From positions 3,873,689 to 3,937,688 of the forward strand of contig CAJFCJ010000005.1 in NCBI GenBank assembly GCA_904063045.1: a stretch of DNA of 64,000 nt, read 5' to 3'. The notes beneath the pieces are model-generated. The model worked only from the letters and a program-made list of their open reading frames with translations, made no database searches and was not told the origin of the DNA. Made by a program: the position numbers and the translations under genes. Position 1 is the first letter of the stretch, and the number at the start of each line of letters is the position of its first letter. Shown here one piece after another: positions 1 through 12,899 of the stretch. The DNA is from Dimorphilus gyrociliatus. Lineage: Eukaryota > Animalia > Annelida.

Positions 1-144
1 ATTCAGTCTTATCTCGGGCACTCGATTAGAATTTTAACGACTGTAGGCCTTTTGTTTTATGTTACTAATAACAAAATCTGAGATACGGTTACTAAGCGGC
101 AGTGGTACAAAGAATTTATTAACTGCCCAAATAAGAGGAAAACT

Positions 145-3100
145 ATGATGAATAAAACGAAATTTGACGGTCGTTTCTCGGCTCCGCCGTCTACGGATAA
201 AAGAAGATCAAGATTGAACACATGGTCTAGTGGTTTCAATTCGGCAGATATCATTAATGCTAAATATTCGGAGGGGAGTCTCTTCGAATCTTCAGCAAGC
301 TTTCGGTCATCTATTTTTGATGAAGACGAGGAGGATTGTACTGGCAGAAAGAGCAAATCCTCTTTCGTTCAGGGTGACACATCAGAGGTGAGAATATAAA
401 AAGGGAAAACAATTGCAAAAGAAATAAATATAAACACGCCATCTGGTGAAAAATTTGATCTTTAATTATAACTCGATTCGTCAAGTTGAACAAAAGCGGA
501 AGACGAATCTCTCTCTATTCCTTTTACATAGTTGGCTACTTTGCCCTTGATTATTGTATACATAAAATGGATAAGGCGAAGGAAAAAGAGAGGAAAGAGA
601 AAGAGACAAGCAAAAAAAAAAAAGAATTAGAAATATAATCGAAGGGAAAAGGACTTGGAAGGCTGCAAAAACTATCGATCAAAAAGCAATAAGATTCTAA
701 ATTGAACACGGGATGAAGGAGCGTATCAAAAATGGTTCCATATCAACTATAGATTTGATAGTGCTAATGGACGACTTAGCATCGTAATTAGTAAAAGAAT
801 AATGTAAAAATTAATTGTCTTTAGCGTCAAGTGCATCGAATTGTTTATGGTTGACTTAAGATTTAATTAAGCGCGTAGACGTTAAACGTTACCCTCGAGA
901 AACGCTCTCGAGGTCAAGAAAATCTATTCACTTTATTCTTTACTGCAGTTCAGAATGAACGAAATCAGAAAAAATTTATATAATTGGTTTTACAGAGACG
1001 GGGTTCTTCTTATTTTTTTTATATATATCTCAAGTTACACAACTCTTAAGGATTTTATTTATCCGCTCTTTTCGTATTTACAGATCGAAGAATTGATAAA
1101 CATTGAGACGCTTGAAAAACTCTCACAAACATTCCGAAGAGCTGATGAGGATGGATCTGGAGGCTTAGAACTCGATGAATTCAAAAAATTACTTAGAACT
1201 CAATTACATATCCCAACGAATAAAGAAGGTCAAATAGACGCTCTATTTCAAAAGATCGATTGGTCTTCAGAAGGAACAATATCATGGGATGAATTCTGCA
1301 CGTACATGCAATTGGAATATGCGGAGAAAGAAGATTCATACGTCAGAGGTAAGGAGGTATGCCTCCATTTACCAGCCAAAATAGTCAACAGTCCCCATAG
1401 AGAAGCAGTTGTCAGAGTTAGTGATACAACTGATGGAACGTTTATCGTATGCAGTCAGGATGGAAGCGTTAGTTTCTGGACATCTACATTAGAATTAAAA
1501 AGATCTCGCTCAGTAGTAGTAAGTGCCCCTTCTATTTATCTCCTTCTCTCTTTTTTTTTTGGGTAAAATAAGTTATTCGTTTCCCCAATAGCAATCAGAA
1601 AATCCCAGATCGAAACCGAAATGGATTACAGATTTTGTGATTATGAATCAATTTAACAAATTCCTTGTTGGAACCGGCGATAGGGAAATACAATTTTTCG
1701 AATTATCATCCTTTGAACCTTACTGTCAGATTAGCGGTTTAGAAACAATTCCTTTGAAAATTGATTACTGGTATAGGCCTTATCTCTTTTCTAATATTGA
1801 TTCCCTTCAAATTGGTTACAAATTTTTTTTGTTCAATTAAATAGTGCTACCGGCCAGGATGAATGCTTAATTATATGGGGAGATTCGCAAGGTTGCATAA
1901 ATATAATTGTAATAAGCGCAGCTGGTGAATGTTTGAGAACGTGGAAGAAGATGCCGAAAAGAGATGGAATAGCATCCGTTTCTATTGAAGCAGTCGCAAA
2001 GAATTCAAATACTCATTTCCTACGGTGGGTAGCTCACTACGATTGGGTTCAACAAGTCAAGTATTACCATGATCTTCGTCAAGTTATCTCCTGTTCCAAT
2101 AATGCTAGTACAGCCTTAGTAATCGGTAAATTTGTTTATCTAAGTATGTTATTTAGCAATTAAATTTAACTAAATATAATTTCGTGTGTAAAAGGCTGTA
2201 CATCCGGTTCGACTCAGATAGAAATGCAATTAAGGGAGATTAGAGACCCTACCTATGCTCAACTACAGCAAAAGAAAAGAGAAGAATACAATGTAGCACC
2301 CGTAAAGCGATTAGAGGCTGATAAGAATGTATTCAAAGTGTATAAAGGCGTAAAAACGTTCGACTTTTCCAAGCGAAGGAACATTTTAATAACCGGTGGA
2401 ATGGATCGAATTCTAAGAATGTGGAACCCTTACGTTTCATCGTAAGTCTCCAATCAAGGATAATAATATCGAAACATTTGTTTTCAGTGCACCTTTTAAA
2501 AAAATATTAAAATATCATGTACATGTATTTCTCTTCCTTTCTAGGAAACCATCGGCTATGCTTCGAGGTCACAGTGCCCCGATTGTTCATGCTTTTATAG
2601 CGGAGGAAGAAGGGAGAATATTCAGTATTTCGACTGACAAATGCGTCAAAATCTGGGATATTTCAGATCAAAATTGCCTTCTTACAGTTAGAGCCAAAGG
2701 TCATAAGATTCGAGGAGACATTCAAAGCTGTTATTATTCTCCAGTTGCTAAGGCTCTGTGCATAGCAACCGACCAAATGAATTCGCTGCTACTAAAACTA
2801 AGGTGATTTTTATTGAGAGAATTTGTATTTATTTTGTTTATTTATGATAAACAATCTCGTGTGAATAGACCTCAACATCACGCTGACATTCCTGTGACAC
2901 ATAAGGAACCAATCTACGCCATAGTATATAATCCAAACTTTAAGCAGATTATTACAAGCTCAGAATCTTCTGTAATAAAAGTATGGGATATTGAGACTGG
3001 TAATGCTATCTTTGAATATGGAGACGCCCATGGTGACAGCGCGATTACAGCTTTAGCTTTCGATAATACATCCAGGCGTCTATTAAGCGCGGGAAGAGAC

Positions 3101-4784
3101 GGTTGCGTACGGATTTGGAATTACAATAATGGTCATTGCTTGAGAACGCTAAGACGAGAAGACGAAGCTGAAGAATTATGCAGTCTTGCCTATGTTGAAA
3201 TGAATCGAAATCGTTATGTAATCGCTGTTGGTTGGGATAAGCGTATTAATATATTCAGTGACTCGAATGACGATGCTAAAGTTCGTTTGGTACAACATCA
3301 ACAACCTCATTGGAAAGATGATTCGGTTTGTAGCTCTGCAGTCAATAGACACAAATATTTTATTATACTTAATTATCTCCCTTTTCATTAACTAACAGAT
3401 AAACGGTCACACAGATGATATATTATGCGTTGCGCAATGCAAATCTAATTTGATAGCAACGTCTAGTTACGATGGCCAAGTTATCGTATGGAATATGGTC
3501 AGTGGGCATAGATTTTGTAATTTAGTTGCAGATCCACCTCCTGAATATGAAAATAATTGCGGTATATATATATATATTTATATATCTATAAATATAGAAA
3601 AAATTTATATAGATATATAAAACAAACATGCAAATCTAACTTGTCTTTTAATTAAATAGAAACGAAATACACGATAAACGAACTTAGAGAGTCGGGCCAA
3701 TTAAGTGTGAACAAGGTCTGTTTTCTACCCTCTAGATTCGATATGAAAGAGTCAGCATTAGTAATATCTAGTGGACCTTGCGGTTTTCTACATTTCTGGA
3801 ATATTTATCACGGTGGTAAGGTGGCAGCAAGATTCTCTTCTGTAAAATCTCACGAATCTCTAATAACGGCCATGTGCGTTGACAAAAGCGACAAATTAGT
3901 AATTGTGGGTGATAGTAACGGTTTTATTTATCAGTGGAATATAGAGAACTATTGCTTAAATGGTCCAGAAGAAGACGCTGCCGAACGTTGGTTTCCTTTT
4001 CTTAGGTTTTCTTTAGTACAAAGACATACTTAAAAGTGTTTTTTTTTCTTAAACAGTACTACTTAATTGGAGAGCTCATATTGAATGCATTACTAATGTG
4101 GTTCTAGTCGATGAACAAAAGATAATTATTTCGTCTTCTCTCGATTGTACGGTTCGTGTATGGACTATTGAGTCAGGAGACTACGTTGGCACTTTTGGCC
4201 AATCAGAAAATTGGAACATCTACGAACCGAGTACATTTCAACACCCAATGGTTCCATATGACGTTTTAGTCGATCCAATGAGTTTACCGACACATCCGAT
4301 TATTAAGGATAAAGAAAATATGGCCGAAGTGGTTCACGCAGATTCAGCTAGAGAAGATAAGGAAAAACGAGAAAGGGAACTGCAGGCATTTATTCAGTAC
4401 ACTAAGCAGCAGTTTTACGTCGACGATGATACTATCGCGGAACAATTGAAGACAAGGGAATACGCTTCCGGTACCGGTAAAAGGTAATAAAGATGGATAT
4501 ATCGTATATTTATCAATATTTAAAGAATACTAAGAATACGTTTCTAGGAAACACATTCCTCGAAGGTATTTTTCAATTATATTTTCTCTTAATTATTCAG
4601 ATTACGCCACGAAAAATTTAAACCCCTGAGGATAGAACGAGGTGGTCCCAGCGAATATCAGGCGCTAAGAACATACAAAATGGCGACTGACCCAAGTGCG
4701 ACTTTCACGAAAAAATTAACAGAAGCTAAAGACTCTTTGGAAAGCCTCGCCGAAGAAGTATTGACGTCACAAACTGCGCATTAA
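145..4784 (+). CDS. WDR49: EF-hand and WD40-repeat protein, WDR49/WDY-like (about 1066 aa, 11 exons)
   Basis: Exons joined by GT-AG with consistent phases: 145-387, 1084-1518, 1592-1770, 1845-2125, 2195-2441, 2545-2802, 2869-3325, 3399-3561, 3660-3986, 4057-4483, 4601-4784 (sum 3201 nt, in frame to TAA). EF-hand-like loops (DEDGSGGLELDEF; DWSSEGTISWDEF) are followed by many WD repeats (ITGGMDRILRMWN, LLSAGRDGCVRIWN, IATSSYDGQVIVWN). The family call is by recalled similarity. The true first exon could lie upstream of the window. Confidence 0.85.
437..448 (-). promoter_or_regulatory. CTCF-like motif (CACCAGATGGCG on minus strand) in WDR49-like intron 1
   Basis: Matches the CCACCAGATGGCG-type CTCF core. 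One of 10 AGATGGCG occurrences found in the window. Confidence 0.35.
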
Positions 4785-4786
4785 AA

Positions 4787-4798
4787 CGCCATCTGGCG
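4787..4798 (-). promoter_or_regulatory. CTCF-like motif (CGCCAGATGGCG on minus strand) immediately after the WDR49-like stop codon
   Basis: Same core as 437-448. Sits at the gene boundary. Confidence 0.35.
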
Positions 4799-5486
4799 AA
4801 TCCACTATGCAGCTAATCAATGTGAAGCCCATTACAAAAGATGTTTGCTTTCGCGTAGCGTATATAGGCTTATTTTTTTTCCCAACTCTTTTTTTTCACA
4901 TAGGAAAAAAACAGAGCAGGGAAGGAGGAAAGGGGTACTTTTGTTAATGAGAATGTTGACGTTTAACTCGTGCAACTCGCCGTCTGGTATGTCCATTTAA
5001 TAGGAAATTCATAAATATTCAGGGATAGTTTGGCAGGGTAACAGTCAAACAGTAATCGCTGCGTCTTCTTCTGACGAATAACCTTTATTGGGGTAGCTAC
5101 AGCAACACCTTTGCCCGTTCTGCCAATCCTTGTAGCAGTTAATGATAGGTTTGGTATTGATTTGTGTATGGGACGAAATTATAGGCCTCTTTTGCTTTCT
5201 CAGCGTCGAATATTTGCTACTGATTACACGCATGTTTTCGCATAGATAAGACGCCTAAAGAGACGTTTTTTTAACGTTCCTGCAGTTGTAAATGTATTTT
5301 TACCGCTCTCACGACACACTAAAAAATCAGAGAAAATAAGAACGAGTATTCATCGGTCTTTTTTTGTTGCTTGTTAATTAGTAGGCTGAGTTTTATTTAT
5401 TAAGCAGCCTTTAAGTCTTCTGGCACTGAAGTTATTTTCCATCATTATAGTTGAACGGAATATATATAGATAAGATGATACAGTAT

Positions 5487-5558
5487 TTAGAGAGGAGAAT
5501 ACGAAATAGATAGAGGGGGAAAGAAAGAAAGAGGGAATAAGAGAGGAGAATAGGAAAA

Positions 5559-5590
<32 letters not shown>

Positions 5591-5813
5591 AAGAGAGAGA
5601 AAGAGAGAGAGACAAACTGACAGAAAGATATTGAAAGGAGTCAGGTTCAGGAGAAAGAAAGAGAGAGATAGAAAGAGAGATAGAGTAGGTGGTGGATTGG
5701 GTAAATAGAAAGGAGTAGAGAAAGAAAGAGGGATAGAGAAAAAATAGAGGGAATGAATGTAGGGATAGTAGAGAAAAAAGTTTTGACACTGTTCCCGAAC
5801 TTTGAGCTAACAA
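5487..5813. repeat. Purine-rich (GA)n/low-complexity tract
   Basis: Runs of gagaga/aaagagag seen directly. This explains the spurious Ser/Leu-rich minus-strand ORF. Confidence 0.9.
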
Positions 5814-5898
5814 ATAATCAAGTACGTAATTAATTATTCACGAGTTCTATATAACTTGCTCTATACAGTGATTACGGACACGCTATAATAAATACGCC

Positions 5899-7221
5899 TC
5901 AAGTATTAGGCCTAACTACCCTTCCAAGAACTATTATAGCGCGCGTTCGGTAGTCTCTTACAAGGAAGATGAAAGGGCGATCAACTTTGAAGACCCTTTC
6001 GGCGCTTGATGCAGGAGCTGAGGAACCAACAGAAGAACTTCGACCAAACGTAGGCGTTGAAACAGTCTTATCTTCTTGTCCCTCGTCGACGATTAGGCAA
6101 ATATGGTGGAAGATTTTAGTTAGGTATAAACCTTTACCACCGTCCATTAGGCTTAAATCAGCTTTACCAGCTACGAACAAGTCTTTTATGCCGGCTTTTT
6201 GAATTGGTTCGTTTGCGTTAAAGCCTAATTCGTACCTGATTCTTGGAATATGTAAGTCTAGTAATTCAGGATGTAATTGACCTTCGAGATTCTCGAGCAT
6301 AGACCTAGTTAATTTTGCTTCTAATCTAGGCAGTTGATCGGGCTTTCTGGGTAGTAGGATAACCATGCGAACGTGATCGATTGCCCATGGAATTTCAACG
6401 ACATCGGCGTCCAATTTTGTCGTGTAGCCAGCTCGGAAAACGCTTACTGTATTCATCATATTTACGTCTATCTTCTCACGGCCACCAGTTGAAAATTTGG
6501 CCGTATAGGTTTTTGATATCTCGAATGGTAAATTCCATTTGGAACGGATGTAAATGGCTGCTACGATTAACATTTTTATTTCTTGGTCTAGTAGGCCCAC
6601 TGGTAGGACGTTGGTTATTTTTCTGAGCGTCTTTTCAGCAACGTACTCATTAATTTCCGCTCTAGTCGAATCTGCACGCTTGAAATCGACATACTTTACC
6701 TGGGCCATTTCGTATTTCGTACACGTCTCCCTATAGGCCGTAGCCATTTGGAATTCCTTTTGGACGAAGACGCGCGACGCAGCCTGAATTTCGCAACCTT
6801 TCGGTGCAGTAGTCCTCAAAGTATCCCAATACACGGCAGCAAATGCCGGTAGTCTGTGCTTAGGTTCAACTTCAGCCAGGAAAAGGGCTTTGCGAAATTC
6901 TTCCCGGGTCGTCGAATCGGAACCGATACATAATTTTCCTAAGCCAACGGCTAGATCTAAAGGTGAAAAAATGACATTGCCCTGTCTCTTTGATAGCATA
7001 GCTTGCAATACTGTAATTCCAAATTTATTATTGGCCCTACAAAGAGCAATAACGTGCGTTCTAGTAGTTCTTTCAGCGAATGCTTCTTCCTCCTCTTTCT
7101 TCTTCTTTTCCAATTCCTTTTCGTCGACCTTAGCAGGAGCCAAAACCAAAGGGTCACCGGCCGTCCACCGATCAGTAGCCGCATCGGCCGGCGTGTTGGG
7201 CGCAGATTGCACCACGCCCAT
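5899..7221 (-). CDS. Serpin-family protein, intracellular, predicted N-myristoylated and probably non-inhibitory (440 aa, CDS in one exon)
   Basis: Uninterrupted ORF with serpin motifs (GNVIFSP, AAIYIRSKWNLPF, TYTAKF, VEIPW, MVILLP, FKVDRPFIFLVRD, IIVLGRVVRP). It starts MGVVQS and has no signal peptide. A splice acceptor (ttttatcgattcgtacag|ca) lies 2 nt before the ATG. Confidence 0.95.
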   Translation of the reverse strand: MGVVQSAPNTPADAATDRWTAGDPLVLAPAKVDEKELEKKKKEEEEAFAERTTRTHVIALCRANNKFGITVLQAMLSKRQGNVIFSPLDLAVGLGKLCIGSDSTTREEFRKALFLAEVEPKHRLPAFAAVYWDTLRTTAPKGCEIQAASRVFVQKEFQMATAYRETCTKYEMAQVKYVDFKRADSTRAEINEYVAEKTLRKITNVLPVGLLDQEIKMLIVAAIYIRSKWNLPFEISKTYTAKFSTGGREKIDVNMMNTVSVFRAGYTTKLDADVVEIPWAIDHVRMVILLPRKPDQLPRLEAKLTRSMLENLEGQLHPELLDLHIPRIRYELGFNANEPIQKAGIKDLFVAGKADLSLMDGGKGLYLTKIFHHICLIVDEGQEDKTVSTPTFGRSSSVGSSAPASSAERVFKVDRPFIFLVRDYRTRAIIVLGRVVRPNT

Positions 7222-7517
7222 TGCTGTACGAATCGATAAAATTGACTGATCCGCAAGGATAAGGTTTTATATTTTATATGTATTTATATAAATATATACG
7301 ATATAAAGAAACAATAAATGAAGATTTATGAGTATGTTTATGAGACGAAATCTCATATAGAGTATATGTAAAGGTACAAATATTGATAAATGATATATAC
7401 ATACATCTACAATATAGATTGCTGTATATTATATATATATATAGTACAAAGTAATGTCTACTCTATGAGAATTATGAAGAAAATAGAAATACGTGTACGC
7501 TATATATAAAATATTAC

Positions 7518-7523
<6 letters not shown>

Positions 7524-7551
<28 letters not shown>
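7524..7551. repeat. (TA)n microsatellite
   Basis: Perfect TA run seen in sequence. Similar runs lie near 9195, 11088, 44350, 54880 and 63605. Confidence 0.9.
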
Positions 7552-7554
<3 letters not shown>

Positions 7555-9371
7555 GAAATAAAGTCGCTAACAATGAAAAGAAATCGACGGCCGTACATGA
7601 GAAGATGAAAGGCGGAATTCTGCATTTGAAAGCCGAGATGCTCAGTTATAGGCAAAAGATATAAGAGAAAGATGAGGGAAAAAGAAAAGTGACTTGTTTT
7701 CCTCTATTCTTCTCTCTTTTTTCTCTATATGATAAATGAATATATATTTTTTGAGAAGTTAAGTAAAAGTATATAAACCAGGGATTAGTGAAGAGAAAAA
7801 AAACACATAAAAAAGACGAATAGAGGAAGTTTGACTCCTTTCCTTCTTCGAGAGTTATGTCTCACCCGCACTAATTTTTTCTCTTCTACATGTTTCCCGT
7901 ATAATCCTATTAACCTTGGGGCGCTAGTAACTAAATTGGAGTTAAGCAGCAGAACGATTAACACAGGTATCAAAGACATGGAAATGAAAATTCCTTTACT
8001 GGAAAAATAAGACGACCAAGGCTTTAGCGGGCGTTAATACTCTATTTCCTATTACTTTACCGATTATATAAAGCCTAGAAAGATAAATGCGTGGGGTATG
8101 GGATAGGGAGGGTAAAAGGGAATAGAAAAGGGGGCGTTAGGGCGGGGTAGGAGGAGGTTGGAAAGAAAATTATATGAAAAATATCGTCTAGTGGAAAAAA
8201 GCCCTACTAATGGGTGTATATAAACGCAGGAACAATTCTTCCGCAAAATATCCTAGTTCTGTAATCTATGTAATTACTTTTTCCTTACATGCTTTCGTTT
8301 ATTAACGCCCAAATACAAATTAGCCCAGTGGGATATTTTATAAACCGTATAGTGCTGCCGAAAAAAGAGACGAATATATCTTTTTTCGCAAAATAAATAC
8401 CGCATAGCCGAAGGCGGCGTCTCTCTTCGAGCGCGTCTAATACTAAATACGCTCGTATATATCTATATAAATATATAGCATATATAAATTTAGCATGGAT
8501 AATACAGTATAAGAACTTGATTGTAACATAAAGAAGTTTGTAATGAATATACCTTGAACAAATAAGCGGTACAAGTTCTTTGCATTTGATACATACTCAT
8601 TTGCAATACATAGAGCCTTCCATAACATACTTAAAATACATACTTTATTAAGCCTTATTTCTAAATAATATAGATTAATTTGCGATTAATGTAGGAATAT
8701 GCTAATTTAGAGTATATATGACATAAATATAGATTAAATAAGTGAATAAGTAAATATGTGAATACATAAATGCAATATAGTATATGTAGTACGCCCTTAA
8801 ATATATATGTTTATATATACAGCTATAAATTGAGAAGTATTTGTAACCTTTTATAAACTTTGTACAATTATATACTAGCCATAGACGATACATAGAACAC
8901 AAATGGTATTAAAGTAAAATATCTTTCTATCATCTACAAAGCGTCATAAATATTCTCTACATAGTTTCATTTTTATATAGCAAGGTAAAACAATGTACAA
9001 CGTATTTATATACATATTTGTTAATCTATGCATTTAGATATTTTGATATAATAAACTCTAAGCTCTGTATATTTGTCTTTGCTTATGAGGTATGTGTTAC
9101 ATGTAGACAGAGGCATATATATATAAATTTAGTAAACTTTAATTAGGAAACAAATTCATGGTATATGTAAATATAGATTTATATATAATATACAATATAT
9201 ATATATATATATATATATATTCATATATATATTGTATATATAAGTATAATTTCATATGAATATAGTCATGTATGTTTATACGGCTATAATTCGACAGCTT
9301 TTGTATATAAACAAAATACCCCTGTCACACTTTAATGTTTCTTACTCTATACATATCAAATATAAATTTAC

Positions 9372-9549
9372 CTGAGAAATAAAAAAACTGCAGGAGATGC
9401 AGCAGACAGCAAAAACTGTCAGCACTACAAACTGACAAGCAGCACCAGTGGGATGTACCGACGAGCTCAGTGCTCCTAACTCCCTCTACCGACCAATGTA
9501 TGGTCATTATTTTAAAGAACAGTCGACAGGAAAATTTCCTCTCTTTATA
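9372..9549 (-). promoter_or_regulatory. Candidate TATA box and non-coding first exon of the serpin gene
   Basis: Minus-strand TATAAAGAG starting at 9549, a GC-richer stretch, then a CAG|GTAAAT donor at 9372/9371. It could splice to the acceptor just before the serpin ATG. Inference only. Confidence 0.35.
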
Positions 9550-10413
9550 CGTGAGCAATATAATCAAGGAGGCTCAGATGAGGAGTCGCGCTAAAAGATA
9601 AAAAAAAATCGTATTACGAACGATTCGTTGATGTGAACCGACTTTTTATTGAATTGGAGGCGAACTCTAAAGAACGCCTAATTAACTTAGTTATCAGACT
9701 GTCGCTAATATTTTATTTGCCGTATTCTCATCCATCTATATAAAAACTGACAGACGTCGCTAAAAAAAATAACTGGGAGATCAGACGTCAAGGAATACGC
9801 CAGGGCTTTCCAACCTCCCCCCTTCCCTCTCTTTCATTTTTTCTTTCCTTTTTTCCTTCTTTTTCCTTTCTCTCTCTCTCTCTCTTCTCTAATTTGTATA
9901 CGTATAGACATACACACGCACATATACGTGCGTGTTCATTTTTTCCTTTAATTTTTTCTGACAAGCATTTTATTTCTTGTGCCATTTTAAGGTTCCTATC
10001 TTGCGTGTTTCCCCCCCCCCCCCCCGCATAAAGATTCCTATTCAGTAGTGGTAGTAAATATATATAGAATGAGGGAGAAAAATAAACAAAATGAGAAAAT
10101 AACACCAAACCATAAGATAAACAGCTAAATAATTTAACGAGACAAGGGGAAAATACAAAAAAGCAAAGCAAAGCATAGCAAAGCAAAGCAAAGATATCAT
10201 AAAACAAGAAATTATCGCGCTACCGCTATGTTAGGCCTAGTACATTGGCGTTGACAACAACACGGACTACGATAACTGGTTCAACAACTATTCTAATGTA
10301 ATATTTTACAAAACGATCGGTTTCGGACAACGTTCCAGTCTTTTTATCGACCAATTCAATAGAGACGTATTGTTTATGAGTTAATATTTTTTTTGTTGGT
10401 TGGCGTTTCAACG

Positions 10414-12899
10414 ATGAAAATGACGTCGAGTGAATTAGATTACGAAATTGAAAGACTTAAAGCGGAAATTGCTCAGGAAAAGCAACGAAAGTTAGACCGT
10501 CTAATTCCTATAAAAATACACAAATAAATGTTTTTTTTATGGTTATTTAGAGAGAGAGATAATTAATTGATTTCTACTGAAATTCATAACGTTCTACATA
10601 TTTTGATTAGTTCAAGTCTTTTTCATCGGTTTAACTTTGTATTTTTTTTATAAAATAGAGAGATTGTTGAACATTCCTACCTGGGATTGATACCTACAGT
10701 TGAGGAATTGGAGAAGAAGTACGGTGGTTTCGATGAAGAGTGTAAGTAGTTACCTGTTACAAATAATCTATACAGTACACATATATGAACTTATACTTTT
10801 TATATATAGATATACTAAGTTAATTGTTTAATGAATTATTTAAAGAATGATTAGCCAATTTATCAATTTTTTTACGGCTTTTTATGCATAATAAATAACA
10901 GAATCTGTCCAACAAGACAAACTCTTAAAGGTATTGTTTACGCAGCTTTGGAATCGATTACGTCAAGATATAAAGATTGTAAGATATAAACTATAAAGCG
11001 TTCTTATATATATTACACCCGTCACTTGTAATTGGTTAAAGCTTTCAACTGAATAAGCTCATACATATCATGTATGTTTTAGTGTATTTATATATATATA
11101 TATATATATATATGTATAAATACAAAACTATATTGTATATGTACAAAATGCTTATACAATAATAGACTGTTATTAATAATAAATACAAAACTTATACTTT
11201 GATATGTATGCCATAAGAGTAATGCTAACTTTAGTTAACAAAAGAATTGATGTACCATTAAACAGTTCCTCCTGATATTACATTTATTCTATTATTTTTG
11301 TTTTTTTTTACCTAAAATAAGTATAACAAAAATGTGATTTTGTCTTGTCGTTACTCTTAATTCTTTTTAAAAGGATAATCCTATATTAATCCCTTAAAAA
11401 ACAATAAAGAAACAAAGAGAAGAGCATTAACAAAAACAAAATGAAAGGGAAAGTTTAAAATGAAAAGATGAAGAGAAGAATAAAATTAAAAGATTATTGA
11501 CATTCGATAAAATTTTTCTTTTTATTTTTTAGTTTCCTTTTCCTTTTTGGTTTTCTTTGTTTTTTTTTTTATTTTTTTACCATTTTGTTCCATTTTGTTT
11601 TCTATACTATTATTATGTGTTTCTCCTAATTATCGTTCAATATCCCAGGTAATGAATGGAAAACTCGATACGAAACTCAAATGGAGATGAACCAACAATT
11701 GCAAAAGCAGGTTTACGTTCTTCAGGATAGAGTGGATGAAGCAAAAAGAAATCTAAAAGATAGTACGTAAATATATGTATTAACGAAAGGCTTAATGGGG
11801 CTTAATCTCTTCTGTATAGCTTATATACGTAATAGAATTCTCATTAATATTTCAGGATATAATTACGCTCGTCATAGCCACTACGTTGAGGATGATGGTT
11901 GTTTGCTGCATGACTTACAATCTATCCTTTCCTATTTTTATAGTTGATAAAACAAAAGAGACATTTTATGCTAATTAGATCAACTTTAGCTTTTATTTTA
12001 TTTGTTTTTTATTTGAAAAAGAAATATTAGATAATAATTTAAGCAATTAGCTTCTCCTTAATTTAGCAAGCATCCATCGTTCAGCTCTTCTCCTTCTCTT
12101 CTCTCTTCTTCTCGCTTTCTTCGTCTTATCCCATTTCAATATCTGCCTGATAGATAGGATCGAATAGAGCCATTTCTAGGACTCTTTTCAAGCCAACTTT
12201 CCAGTATTTCGTTAGGGAATATTATATAATTTTCTCCTTCTTTTAAATCCCATCTCCCTTTTTGGACTTTTACCTCATTTGAATAATATTTTCATAAATT
12301 GCTGTTTTGTTTTTAACGTTTAGTTATCATATACAGCAAAGGCACCAAAATCTGTACGCAGTTTCGAACCGGACGCTCCAGTACGTTTTATTATTATCGA
12401 ACTTTTTTGAGGCTTGTCATATCTATACGTCTATTTTTAGATAACGGCCTATAGCCTGAAGGAATTAGAGAAGAAGCACCATTCGTTGGAAAATCAGCTA
12501 AAGGACTTGGAATGGAAACTCGATCAGGAATCGAAAGCTTTTCATAAAGCGAATGAAGAACGGAAGCAGTTTGCCACCGAATTAAAGAACTGCAAACAAA
12601 CTCAGGCTTCCCTTCATAACCAGCAGAGGGCGGCACTAAACACGTACAGAGACCTGCACGAAAGTCCCCGTACGGATAGATCGAGTATTGGGTAATAAAA
12701 AAAGTTTCTAATTGCGCACGATTAATCATTTTCGATCAATCTATTAAGAAAATTTACCTTTTATTTTTACTTTCTAATTTATTTTAATATGATTAGCAAC
12801 AGCAATATACCGCAAGATCAGCGTATTTTGGACCCAAAAAGAGGACCAATCAGGAAAACTGCTGCAGTATCGAAGTTACCAAAGTTGAATCTTCAATAG
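10414..12899 (+). CDS. CCDC169: Coiled-coil domain-containing protein 169 (DUF4600 family)
   Basis: Exons 10414-10490, 10659-10741, 10946-10978, 11649-11762, (optional 11856-11897), 12337-12380, 12441-12691, 12797-12899. Diagnostic segments NEWKTRYETQMEMNQQLQKQ, LENQLKDLEWKLDQESKAFHKANEERK and QRILDPKRGPIRKTAAVSKLPKL match the CCDC169 family as recalled. The N-terminal small exons are less certain. Confidence 0.8.

Noticed and set aside
893-913. 8-bp inverted repeat CCTCGAGA-N5-TCTCGAGG in WDR49-like intron 1
   Set aside because: Single short hairpin with no second copy, target-site duplication or element context.
4950-5233. Short minus-strand open frames downstream of the WDR49-like gene
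   Set aside because: No usable start or acceptor for the longer frame and no recognisable motif; probably UTR.
5487-5813. 108-aa Ser/Leu-rich ORF (and similar ORFs at 9788-10207, 20501-20698, 45379-45628, 48197-48454, 54585-54842, 59243-59436)
   Set aside because: Translations of (GA)n/(CT)n low-complexity tracts, with no domain content.
5969-7256. Several ORFs antisense or out of frame to the serpin CDS (and likewise within the kringle-phosphatase and iGluR genes)
   Set aside because: Expected shadows of a real coding sequence, with no independent support.
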